Assembly (NCBI GenBank): GCA_016839515.1
Contig: JAEOUE010000163.1
Span: 1 to 47,684 of the forward strand
DNA: 47,684 bases
Direction: 5' to 3'
Origin: Candidatus Hodarchaeum mangrovi
GTDB taxonomy: Archaea > Asgardarchaeota > Heimdallarchaeia > Hodarchaeales > Hodarchaeaceae
The position numbers and the translations under genes were made by a program. This document shows, in pieces, positions 19,017 to 28,608 of the stretch. The notes under the pieces are model-generated. The model saw nothing but the letters and a program-made list of their open reading frames with translations, had not been told where the DNA came from and searched no databases. How positions within the stretch are numbered: position 1 is the stretch's first letter; each line of letters starts with the position of its first letter.

Positions 19017-20949
19017 AACGAATTGTTTCTAAATTCATAGGTATGTCTATTTTCGCATGATAACGTTTTGATATTGCTTGAGCAAGAGATTGAGATTTAT
19101 TTCGTTGTCCATGAACAAGAACAACTCTTTCTGGTTTGGGTGATAACTCCCGGAAAAAATTCATAATTTCACCACGATCAGAATGACCTGTAAAGCCATC
19201 AATCTGATGAATATCCATATTAACTCTTAGAAGTTTTGCTTTACCATCTTCATAACTTCTGATTTCCTTCACCCCTGATGAGATCCTATTTCCTAGAGTA
19301 CCTTCAGCTTGATAGGAAACAAAAACAAGAGAATTCCTTGAATCTTGGGCTAATTTCCTGAAATATTCAACAGAGGTACCACCAGTTAGCATACCAGAGG
19401 TTGCCATAATCACAGCTGATTTTCCTTTACTTAACGGTTCTCGTTCATTTTGCTTATCTAACCGTATGAAAATTTCACTAAGGAAAGGATTTTTTCCTTC
19501 ATTGAAAATTTGATCTTGAAGAAATTGTGATAAGTACTCAGGGTGACAGGAATGGATAGCTGCCGCTTCTGCAATTAATGAATCCAGATATACTGGAACT
19601 TCTACCATTTGGTTCTTTTGATACGCATTTGTAAGAACAATCATTAATTCTTGAGCTCTACCTACAGCTAAAGTTGGAATAAGGACTTTTCCACCTCGTT
19701 TAGCAGTCTGATTGATAATTTTAACAAGTTGGATTTCAGCATCATCTCTTCTTGGCATTGCATCTCTTGGTCCACCATATGTTGATTCCATAATAATCGC
19801 TTCAAGACGGGGAAAACGACTATTTGCTTTGTCAAGTAAACTATTACGACTTCTTCTAGCTTTAAAATCATTCATAACAGCTAGATTGTATTTTCCATCC
19901 CCAATATGCATATGCATAATAGATGAACCTAATATATGACCAGCTGGGGTCATTGTTAAACGGATGTCATTACTTAAGTCTGTAACTTCTCCAAAACGAC
20001 GAGTTATTGTATGAAGGATCATATTTTTGATGTCCCCTGTGCTATAGGGGGTTATTTTGCCTTCACGAGCAGCTACCTCTATAAAATCCTTTTGAAGTAG
20101 TGTCATTAATGATAAGGTGGCGTCATTCGAATAAACTGGCCCACGATATCCCCATTTATACAGAAAAGGAATTGAACCACTATGATCCAAATGTGCATGG
20201 GTCACAATAACAGCATCTAAGTCGGCGATATCAAATTCTGGACTATTGAAATGAGGAAACATTTGATTTGGCTCCCTAGAACCGACATTCATTCCAGCAT
20301 CAATGAGAATTTTCGATTCAGCAGTTTCCAATAGGAAACAAGATCTTCCAACCTCTGAAAACCCTCCAAGACCCGTTAGACGGATAAAATCGTCTTCTTT
20401 TACTCGAGGACGATGAATTCGTAGTCCAATGTTTAATAAAGCCCGTTTTCTAAGTTCAGATTCAGCAGTTAAGGTATACCTAATCGAATTAATTAATTGA
20501 GACTGAATTGGAGGAGATCGGACTACACGAGGACGCCATGAAATTTCACGGGCAATTTCACGAAGTGTAGCTCCATTTCTACCGATTACTGCACCAGGTT
20601 TCTTAGCCTCGATAATTACTTCCCCAAGTTCATCATCGAAAATGGTATTAGTGATTTCAGCAGTATCAGGAACAATTTCAAGAATCCTAGCCTGCGCTTC
20701 ATCTTTAGCACGTCTTACAGAGACATCAGATCTAATAACTATCCTTTTTCTTAAAGATTTAGCTAATCCCTTAACTATATCACCATTTTCCATCAAAACA
20801 GTTGGATTTAATGAATATAATACAACAAAAGGTCCTTCGAACACAACTTTAGATACTTGTGCATTAGGTGGTAATTCACTTATAAGATCAGCTTTAAGTT
20901 CTTCTATAGCTGTTTCTCGACTATAGCGTTTTCCCTTTTCTTCAGTCAT
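19009..20949 (-). CDS. fttA: aCPSF1/FttA beta-CASP ribonuclease with N-terminal KH domains (transcription termination factor)
   Basis: KPGAVIGRNG KH motif, LGGFSEVGRS, THAHLDHSG, AGHILGS, MESTYGG, FTGHSD, VHG. Confidence 0.96.
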   Translation of the reverse strand: MTEEKGKRYSRETAIEELKADLISELPPNAQVSKVVFEGPFVVLYSLNPTVLMENGDIVKGLAKSLRKRIVIRSDVSVRRAKDEAQARILEIVPDTAEITNTIFDDELGEVIIEAKKPGAVIGRNGATLREIAREISWRPRVVRSPPIQSQLINSIRYTLTAESELRKRALLNIGLRIHRPRVKEDDFIRLTGLGGFSEVGRSCFLLETAESKILIDAGMNVGSREPNQMFPHFNSPEFDIADLDAVIVTHAHLDHSGSIPFLYKWGYRGPVYSNDATLSLMTLLQKDFIEVAAREGKITPYSTGDIKNMILHTITRRFGEVTDLSNDIRLTMTPAGHILGSSIMHMHIGDGKYNLAVMNDFKARRSRNSLLDKANSRFPRLEAIIMESTYGGPRDAMPRRDDAEIQLVKIINQTAKRGGKVLIPTLAVGRAQELMIVLTNAYQKNQMVEVPVYLDSLIAEAAAIHSCHPEYLSQFLQDQIFNEGKNPFLSEIFIRLDKQNEREPLSKGKSAVIMATSGMLTGGTSVEYFRKLAQDSRNSLVFVSYQAEGTLGNRISSGVKEIRSYEDGKAKLLRVNMDIHQIDGFTGHSDRGEIMNFFRELSPKPERVVLVHGQRNKSQSLAQAISKRYHAKIDIPMNLETIRFA

Positions 20950-21364
20950 AGTTAAACCTCGATAATAATTAGATTTTATTTTATTTTTAATGAAAATAGG
21001 GATTTATATTGAATCAAATTATCAATTGTTTTGTTCCAATTCCCACAGATTAAATTTTGTTGTAAAATCTTGAGTTAGCTTTTTCTAATCGCTCTTAGGA
21101 ATGATTATAATCTTATATTCATGAATAAAAGTTTAATTTGTGTTGTCTATTTTATAATTTGAATTATATTAATATGCAATTAAAGGCTAATACTCTCATA
21201 AGTAATAAAGAAATAATAACAAAATCTTACAAAACATAATTAAAACTATTATGCAAGATGAACTTTTTCTTATAAAAATTCCCGCATGTTGTTATAAACA
21301 CACAGTATTTATAAATTTTTTTGGATTGTTCTCAAATGGGCGTAAGTAAAAGGACTACAACAAA

Positions 21365-22447
21365 ATGCCTAGATCAGAGATTCTTGAATCAGTTGTACCA
21401 AGATCGATTATTATTGGGGAATCAATTTTAGAGAAAATCCCATCGGTCGTGAAAAATTTACGGATACCACCGAAAGTGGTTATTTTCACTGGACCAAAAA
21501 CTCGAAAAATAGCAGGGGAAGAGGTTTACGATATTTTGACAAGAAATGATATAGATTCAGAACTCATCCTTGTCGAGGACTCCAGTTTAGAATCTGCAAT
21601 TGCAGTTAAAGAACAAAGTTTTTCTTATAATCCAAATGTGCTTATTGGGGTAGGAGGAGGCAAAGTAATTGATGTTACAAAATATTGTTTATTAGGTGGA
21701 TCGAAAAAACAAGAGATGATTTCAGTTCCTACATCAACTCCTCATGATGGAATTGCTTCTCCCTATATTTTTTTGAAAAATCCCACTGAAACTTATATCG
21801 GTGAATGTCGTCCGCCATTAGCTGTTATTGCTGATATCAATAAAATCCTTCTACACCCCAATTTAACAAGATATTTAATTGCTGGGGTTGGAGATACCGT
21901 AGGAAAGATAACAGCAATTTGGGATTGGAGACATGCTTGGAGAATCAAATCAGAAAGATTTTCTCGTTTTGTTGGTGGAGTATTAGAAAATTCAGAAAGC
22001 TTATTACGAAATCAAGTCTCTGAGGTATTAAAAGATTTAAACCATGCAGTCAAAGTAGTCTTAAAAGCATTACTCATTGCTGGAGTCTTAATGGGCACAT
22101 CAAATGATATCCGAGTTGGATACGGATCAGAGCATATGTTTTCTGCAGCACTTGATGCTGAAATTCCTAATTCAAATATTCTTCATGGAGAACGAATCGC
22201 TCTTGGAGCCATCATGATTGCAAGACTTCAAGGACAAGATGATTATCGTATAAAAGAATTATTAGAAAATGCTGGATGTCCAACAAGTATCGATGACTTA
22301 GAAGAAGAAATCCCTCCAGAGGCAATTGTACAGGCATTAACTAAAGCACATAAAATAAATTCAATGTATACTATCCTAGGTACCTCTGGATTAACAGAAA
22401 GTGCAGCATTGAATCTTGCAAAAAATACTGGAGTAATAAGGTCTTAG
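21365..22447 (+). CDS. egsA: sn-glycerol-1-phosphate dehydrogenase family (divergent)
   Basis: GVGGGKVIDVTK, PTSTPHDGIASP, AGVGD...TAIWDW, GSEHMFS, LHGE, YTILG. Confidence 0.82.
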   Translation: MPRSEILESVVPRSIIIGESILEKIPSVVKNLRIPPKVVIFTGPKTRKIAGEEVYDILTRNDIDSELILVEDSSLESAIAVKEQSFSYNPNVLIGVGGGKVIDVTKYCLLGGSKKQEMISVPTSTPHDGIASPYIFLKNPTETYIGECRPPLAVIADINKILLHPNLTRYLIAGVGDTVGKITAIWDWRHAWRIKSERFSRFVGGVLENSESLLRNQVSEVLKDLNHAVKVVLKALLIAGVLMGTSNDIRVGYGSEHMFSAALDAEIPNSNILHGERIALGAIMIARLQGQDDYRIKELLENAGCPTSIDDLEEEIPPEAIVQALTKAHKINSMYTILGTSGLTESAALNLAKNTGVIRS

Positions 22448-22595
22448 CTTATTCTTACATGGAAGTTTTTCTGGTTTGATTTTTATTAATAAAAAATAGT
22501 TCTTGTTAAATTGGAAATAACTTGTCAATTATTTTGGATAGTACAGTAATGGGAGCCATTTACAGGTTATTCTCAAAGACAGAAATGATCTAAAA

Positions 22596-22910
22596 GTGGA
22601 AAGGATGATAAATATAAACAAAAGAGTTTCAGGGATAACAACAATGACTTCATTTCGTATTTATAGGGCTGTTAATAATAAAAACATTGAGTATTTAGAG
22701 GATATCTGTATTCTTTTAGACATTTATGTAATTGCTGATCCTAGAAAAAAGACTTTATTTGTTATATTCGATTTTCATCTTCGTCACTCAGTAAACATCA
22801 AGTTGGGATAATTATTGACTCCATGGAGAATAAAAGACGTAGAGGATTCAATAAACGAAGTGTTGATTCCCCTAAAGAATTCGATCATCAAATGCATTTC
22901 TTTGGATTAA
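22596..22910 (+). pseudogene. Possible degraded ORF or small hypothetical protein
   Basis: A 71-aa ORF ends at TAA 22811, but the same frame continues for about 32 codons (LLTPWRIKDVEDSINEVLIPLKNSIIKCISLD*). No family recognised. Confidence 0.25.
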
Positions 22911-23099
22911 AAAATGGATCTTAAATAATGATTTTATCAATAGTATTCAATGATTTTATTTACACTTATTAGGGAATTTTTGAGTTGTAAAAGTAAAAAA
23001 AGACTTAAGCAATAATCAAAATGGATTAATTATGTTCATACGTAATATTAATTTTAAACACCCTCCAGAGAGATTTTTATGAAAAAGGAAGTCTAAAAA

Positions 23100-23888
23100 A
23101 TGCTCAAGGAAGGAGATCCAGTTAAAATTGCCGATTTTTCAACACGATATGTAAAATCGTGGATTCTATTCCTTAAAAAAGACTCAGAATTTTCAACACA
23201 TAGGGGAAAAATACTTCATAATGATATTATTGGGCATAAATATGGAGAAATTATTCCAAATCTTAAAGGCCAATTTGTAATTTTAAAACCAACACCTAGA
23301 GATTTCCTTCGCAAATTTAAATTAAAAACACAAATTATGTATGAAGATGATTCAGCAATTGCTTGTAATATAGCTGGTATAACTAATGGAATGGTTGTTG
23401 GGGAAGCAGGAACAGGTTCGGGCGCTTTAACACTTATTCTAGCAAGTTTAGTTGCTCCAAGTGGTCATATCTATTCATTTGATATTAATGAAGAACACCA
23501 AGAAAATGCAAAAAAGAATCTTGAAATGACTGGATTTAGAAAATATGTTTCTTTTACTATTCAAGATATTCGAACTTCAATAGAATTAAAGGATCTAGAC
23601 GCTTTTTTCCTTGATTTTTCTACTCCTTACGAAGCAATTAAATCTGTAGAACTTGCTCTAAAAGGAGGAGGTCATCTTATATGCTTCATCCCTAACTGGG
23701 GACAGGTTGAAGATACAGTTTATGAAATCCAAGAAAACCCTAATTTAATTCTTCAAGAATGCTTTGAATTAACTCGTAGGAACTTTATAATTGATCCAAG
23801 AAAGCATATCATGCGTCCAGTCTTTCGGGATCTTGTCTATTCCGGTATTCTCGTTCATGCAATTAAGATTTTAAGACCTTTGAGATGA
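23100..23888 (+). CDS. trmI: tRNA (adenine57/58-N1)-methyltransferase
   Basis: FSTHRGKILH, TQIMY, EAGTGSGALT, FFLDFSTP, FIPNWGQV. Confidence 0.93.
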   Translation: MLKEGDPVKIADFSTRYVKSWILFLKKDSEFSTHRGKILHNDIIGHKYGEIIPNLKGQFVILKPTPRDFLRKFKLKTQIMYEDDSAIACNIAGITNGMVVGEAGTGSGALTLILASLVAPSGHIYSFDINEEHQENAKKNLEMTGFRKYVSFTIQDIRTSIELKDLDAFFLDFSTPYEAIKSVELALKGGGHLICFIPNWGQVEDTVYEIQENPNLILQECFELTRRNFIIDPRKHIMRPVFRDLVYSGILVHAIKILRPLR

Positions 23889-23892
23889 ATAT

Positions 23893-24795
23893 ATGATAAT
23901 AATCCCAGATACAGTCTATAAAAGATTTTTGCAATTTGCACTGGAAAATGCACCACCTCATGACCGATCTAATTGGAAAGAATGTATCGGACTTGTTTTA
24001 GGTAAAATAGATAATGAATTAATGAGAGTCACGGATATTATCCCAATTGGATCTGGCACTTCTGTATTTGTAGATATAACTGACTATGAAAAAGTATTCT
24101 CTCTAATACCACCAAGTAAATTTGAACAAGGAGAAGTCATTATTGGATGGGCGCATACACATCCAGGTTTGGGCCTTTTTTTTTCTGGAACAGATAGCAA
24201 AACCCAACTCCTCTACCAAAGAATGCATCCAAAAGCATTTGGATTAGTATTGGATCCAACTGCAATATCATCTACAAAATCTGGTTTCAAAATATTTCGT
24301 GTTGATGATTTGGGAAGAGATTACTATGCTGTTGACTATCAGATGGATCCTATCTTCGATTTTCAAGAAGTAAAAAGAGAAATTATTTCACAATTAGCCT
24401 TATTTCCTGCATTACCCCCTAGTCCACAACGTATATCAAATACAGAAATCTCTTGGAAGAATATCAGAGTGATGGTTAGGGGCCCAACATTAATTCGAAA
24501 AAATCAATTATTTAAAGCCGCTTTAGTTTTAAAAACTACTTTAAATCAATTTATTCGGCTTCAATATCGGATAAAAATTACTGGAAAGATACAATCAATA
24601 GTTCCATTAAAGGATTATAATCAAAACCAAATTGTTCACGAAACTATTTCTCAAGGAACTCTTGCTATAATTCAATTTATAGCTAAGGATAGTGGTTTTT
24701 CTAGCATTATATTAACCGATGTAAAGATAACTGATTATACTCAAGAACTTCAAAAATCACCTGATTTGGTTTTAAATCTAGAGGTCCAAGAGTAG
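23893..24795 (+). CDS. JAMM/MPN+ metalloprotease (Rpn11/CSN5-like) with C-terminal beta-rich domain
   Basis: ECIGLVLG (catalytic Glu) and IIGWAHTHPGLGLFFSGTD (HxH-x7-S-x2-D), followed by TQLLYQ and GLVLDP. Confidence 0.92.
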   Translation: MIIIPDTVYKRFLQFALENAPPHDRSNWKECIGLVLGKIDNELMRVTDIIPIGSGTSVFVDITDYEKVFSLIPPSKFEQGEVIIGWAHTHPGLGLFFSGTDSKTQLLYQRMHPKAFGLVLDPTAISSTKSGFKIFRVDDLGRDYYAVDYQMDPIFDFQEVKREIISQLALFPALPPSPQRISNTEISWKNIRVMVRGPTLIRKNQLFKAALVLKTTLNQFIRLQYRIKITGKIQSIVPLKDYNQNQIVHETISQGTLAIIQFIAKDSGFSSIILTDVKITDYTQELQKSPDLVLNLEVQE

Positions 24796-24802
24796 CTTAT
24801 AA

Positions 24803-25552
24803 TTAGAGATCTTCTCTATATTTACGGTCACCATAAATCCCTATAACAATGACACCAATGAATAATATACTTACAAAGTAGAAAACGTATAAAATTATAT
24901 ATGGAGGGGAGGCATATCCTTTTACAAGGTCAAAAGTATAATTTTCAGGGTAAAAACTTGATTTAGGTAACTCATCACCATTATAAATGTGGAATTCTAC
25001 TCTAAAAACAAATTTATATGTACCAATTTCTACTAGGGTTAAAGCTGGTATTTCTACAATATCTGACCTAGTAGAATTTGGAGGAAGTATTATTTCTGCT
25101 GGATCTAAGTACCTAAAATTACTAATCCCTGTATAGCTTTTGTTCAGTTGATCTGCTTCTCCAGTGATATCTTTATAAATATCAACTGAAAATTTTCGAA
25201 TAACTAATGACTCTGATCTTCCGATTGGAAGGGAATAGGTTACCTGGACTCGGACAGAAGATCCATTAGCAATCTTAGGATTAGGATCTTTTTCTTCTAC
25301 TTTTTGCGATTCTTCAATTAAATCTTCTAATTTAACATAGGTGTTTCCTTTTTTAACCTCTAGATGTAATAAATTGACTTCTAGGAGATTAGAAGACTCC
25401 TGAAGGGAGTGAGGAATGGCTTCGGCCCGTAAATCATGGTTTAAACCATTTATTTGTGTTGGAATGGAAATCAGAAACAGAATTATCAACAATAGGGCGA
25501 ATATTTTTCTCATTTGATGTATCAACCTGTTTACGTTATTAAATATGTTCAA
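24803..25552 (-). CDS. Exported single-pass membrane protein with beta-sandwich ectodomain
   Basis: Signal peptide (MRKIFALLLIILFLIS, probable true start), beta-strand-rich body with sequons, C-terminal TM helix (YIILYVFYFVSILFIGVIVIGIYG). Confidence 0.75.
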   Translation of the reverse strand: MNIFNNVNRLIHQMRKIFALLLIILFLISIPTQINGLNHDLRAEAIPHSLQESSNLLEVNLLHLEVKKGNTYVKLEDLIEESQKVEEKDPNPKIANGSSVRVQVTYSLPIGRSESLVIRKFSVDIYKDITGEADQLNKSYTGISNFRYLDPAEIILPPNSTRSDIVEIPALTLVEIGTYKFVFRVEFHIYNGDELPKSSFYPENYTFDLVKGYASPPYIILYVFYFVSILFIGVIVIGIYGDRKYREDL

Positions 25553-25890
25553 TCATCGATTTAAGGTTCAATTGTATTTTTTTTTAACCTAACTATATTT
25601 TTTGTGATCTATACAGGTCAAGTGAGCAAAGTCTCTTATTCTTTAAAAATAAATTTCACTCAATTTATCTATTTTATAGTTCTTCATGGAATACTAGGTT
25701 GTGTATTCCATTGTAAAAAAACTCCTCATTTCTGTTTAGTCTTTTATCAAAGAAGTTTTCTAGAACTAATGCATCCCATTAAATGAAATTCCTCCAATGA
25801 GTGTCTCAGGCCAAGTAATATGTAATATCGAGTTATGTAAATTACTAATTCTATGTCTATCCTTCAAATTTATCAAAATCACCAGGTTTA

Positions 25891-27036
25891 CTATTCTAAC
25901 TCCATTATAGAAGTCTCCTCAGCAAGTAAAACTTTAACAACACTCTTAATTTTTGACTGTGACTCCTTAATTTCATTTAAATCATAGAACTTACTCATTT
26001 CCTTTTCAACGAGAAATTCAGGGTTATTTTTATTTTCTTCCGATAGGATAAGAAATATTTCTCTTTCGACAATACCTCGTGAAAATTTTCCTTTCAAAAG
26101 ATCAAAAATTATCTCATGAGCAATTAGAATCTCAAGATCCTTTGGAGTAATTCGTTTAATTACTTCTTTATTAATCATTAGGAGAGAAAAAAGTTCACTA
26201 GATTGACTAGATGACGTCATAGTGACTATTGGGAGAATAATAGGGTTAAATCGATTCTCTAAAGAGGTTTGGAATAAGAAGGGGACAACATTAATTCGAT
26301 AACGCTTAGCAATTTTTTGGGAATACTCTTTAAGATTTGATTGAATGCTTACCAGAGCTCGTTTTGCAACTCCTAATTCTTCAAAGAACTCAATCCTTTC
26401 TTTCTTGAAATCTTCATAGATTGTAGAAACAGGATGGATAGGAATACCCATTCGGACTTTCATTTTAAGTTGTATCTCAATTTTTTCAGCAAAATCCTTA
26501 TATGGAATAATTTCTCGTTTCTGAACCTGTATTGGGGATAATCGCTTAATATCATTGAATGCCTCAACTTCAGCCTCAGAGAGAGATAATTTTTTTTCAC
26601 ACATAACATGTCTTAAAATCGCTGCTAGGTATTCCATAGAAGTAGTAAGTGCAATGTTATCTAAAGATTGAAAGATAGGAATTGAGAAGGCAATTATTAG
26701 GAACATTTGATCATTTGAATTGAATAAATGAAAACAAAAGGGGCTTATCTTTTTATTTTCTCTTTGAATTAAACCATTAACTCCAAAAAAACGGACTCTA
26801 TCGACTACATCCATTAGACCTGCATATTGAAGAGTTACTTGTTCAAATTCAGTAGCCATCCATTCTTCTATAGTCAAACGATATTGAAATGATCGCGAAG
26901 GTATCTCATCAGTTCTGGGAATCATTTGAATAGCTTCTGTTTTATTATAATAAAAAAAATTTGGTAAAAAGAATTTCAAATGGATTAAAAGTAAATTAAT
27001 ATTTTTTTTTGCTACAAATCGCCAATATTTATACAA
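25891..27036 (-). CDS. Hypothetical protein with degenerate zincin-like motif
   Basis: Long ORF, probable true start at MIPRTDE (about 26925). LEILIAHEIIF resembles HExxH but lacks the second His. Confidence 0.7.
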   Translation of the reverse strand: MYKYWRFVAKKNINLLLIHLKFFLPNFFYYNKTEAIQMIPRTDEIPSRSFQYRLTIEEWMATEFEQVTLQYAGLMDVVDRVRFFGVNGLIQRENKKISPFCFHLFNSNDQMFLIIAFSIPIFQSLDNIALTTSMEYLAAILRHVMCEKKLSLSEAEVEAFNDIKRLSPIQVQKREIIPYKDFAEKIEIQLKMKVRMGIPIHPVSTIYEDFKKERIEFFEELGVAKRALVSIQSNLKEYSQKIAKRYRINVVPFLFQTSLENRFNPIILPIVTMTSSSQSSELFSLLMINKEVIKRITPKDLEILIAHEIIFDLLKGKFSRGIVEREIFLILSEENKNNPEFLVEKEMSKFYDLNEIKESQSKIKSVVKVLLAEETSIMELE

Positions 27037-27090
27037 TTAAGTAATTTTTTTTTGTTAAAATGTCCATTGAGATAAAAAAAGCTTGAATCC

Positions 27091-28113
27091 TCAAAATCGC
27101 TTTCCAGCTCTCTGATAAGCTATCCAAAATATTATGAGAAATATTGAAAACGCAAATATTATTGCAGTTGAACGACTAATCGTTTCTAGAGACCCTGAAG
27201 CGAAGTTAACAAGTTGGAAAAGGACTAGTGTTAACCACCCAGTAATACTAGTATCCTTAGTGCTAAGTAAACCCTTCCAATACCTAATAACAAGCATTAT
27301 CACACCTAATATGACTGCACCAACATGAATCCAACTAAGAAAAATTCCAAAAGTGTCAGTGAAAGATAAAAATAATGTTTCTAATACAAGAAAACATGAA
27401 ATAGAAATAATATTGATTATTAGGATTGGAACTTTCACAGTATAGTCTACCTGTTGAGCACCCTCATATACTAAGTAAAGAATCCCTCCAATTGTAACTG
27501 AATCAGCTAGTATTAATGCAGAAGTATATAAAATATCAATATTTTGGATCCAGAGATCTATTATATGGAAGAAAAAGCCTAAAATACCAGATCCAGTACC
27601 AAAGAGGTTATATCCAAAAAAAAATCCAATAACGACTAATAAGGGTAAAGGAAGGTATATCAGAGTCAATAAAATTGTTTTTCGTTGGGTGGTTATGACT
27701 TTACCCTCATCTCTCCACTTAAAAAGATAGATAGCGATGAAATATCCTCCGAATAGAGAGATAAAAGGTGTAATAATGGGAAATAAATAAATCATGCCAA
27801 TAACAAAGTTAAATCCATAAAATGCCTTGATAGTGGTAGGAAGACGCCAGACTTCATGCCCAAAAGTCTCATATGCATCTCCTATTTGATATCTTTTACC
27901 ATATGTCCAGAATAGGAATGGAAAGGCCATTATAAGGGGCCCGATTCCATAAACCAGAATATCAGAAATCAAGCGTAAATCTGAAGTATCTAAAAACCAA
28001 ATTACTCCATCTACAAAAATAAATGAAAGAACGTAGAAATAAATAGGAATTAAAATAGCTTGAAGAACAACTACTAATCTTCCATAATGAATGTAGGTGT
28101 CATAATCACTCAA
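27091..28113 (-). CDS. Multi-pass integral membrane protein, unknown function
   Basis: About 9-10 hydrophobic segments, GGAG SD before the TTG start. Confidence 0.8.
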   Translation of the reverse strand: MSDYDTYIHYGRLVVVLQAILIPIYFYVLSFIFVDGVIWFLDTSDLRLISDILVYGIGPLIMAFPFLFWTYGKRYQIGDAYETFGHEVWRLPTTIKAFYGFNFVIGMIYLFPIITPFISLFGGYFIAIYLFKWRDEGKVITTQRKTILLTLIYLPLPLLVVIGFFFGYNLFGTGSGILGFFFHIIDLWIQNIDILYTSALILADSVTIGGILYLVYEGAQQVDYTVKVPILIINIISISCFLVLETLFLSFTDTFGIFLSWIHVGAVILGVIMLVIRYWKGLLSTKDTSITGWLTLVLFQLVNFASGSLETISRSTAIIFAFSIFLIIFWIAYQRAGKRF

Positions 28114-28271
28114 GTTTTATATACTCCTAAAAAATGAATACTCTTAATTAGAAATAACTATTATTTCTTTAAAAGGATACCTAATCTGGCTTTATAAATT
28201 TTCCAAAGAGCATGCATTTTAAGAGGGGATTCAATTTTCAGCCCCTTTAACCCAAATGGGAGAAATGATAT

Positions 28272-28586
28272 ATGCCTAGAAACAAAAAAGAAATAGAGAA
28301 TTTCCCTTATCAGTCAGATTATTACCATTTAATAAAGGGAAAGACAATCTCAAAAAGAGGAAGATGGTGGACAGCAGTTTTATTAGTCCAAAGTATAAAT
28401 GACGCTAATAAAAGAGTTGTTTCAATAGAAAGATGGCAAAAAAGAAATAGAGCCGACCCTGACGCTGAAGGTAAGATGTCCAGCTATTGGGCCAGAGCAA
28501 AAAGCTTTACATTTACATCTAAGAATTCCTGGCAAATTTTGAAAGATAGTATAGAAGAGTGGATTTCAACAAATGACTGGGATTAA
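28272..28586 (+). CDS. Small basic Trp-rich protein, possible PC4/whirly-like nucleic-acid-binding fold
   Basis: GGGAG SD. Beta-strand run (RWWTAVLLV, VVSIERWQK, YWARAKSFTF) followed by a C-terminal helix (SWQILKDSIEEW). Confidence 0.7.
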   Translation: MPRNKKEIENFPYQSDYYHLIKGKTISKRGRWWTAVLLVQSINDANKRVVSIERWQKRNRADPDAEGKMSSYWARAKSFTFTSKNSWQILKDSIEEWISTNDWD

Positions 28587-28608
28587 ACAAGTCATTTTCT
28601 TTTAGTTC

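Noticed and set aside
22809-22811. Stop-codon recoding (Sec/Pyl or alternative genetic code)
   Set aside because: The interrupting codon is TAA, and all recognised genes end normally at TAA, TAG or TGA, so the standard code 11 fits.
25560-25890. 60-aa plus ORF at 25604-25786 and a stop-interrupted minus-strand frame in the same gap
   Set aside because: No recognisable family and multiple stops. It cannot be distinguished from intergenic sequence by eye.
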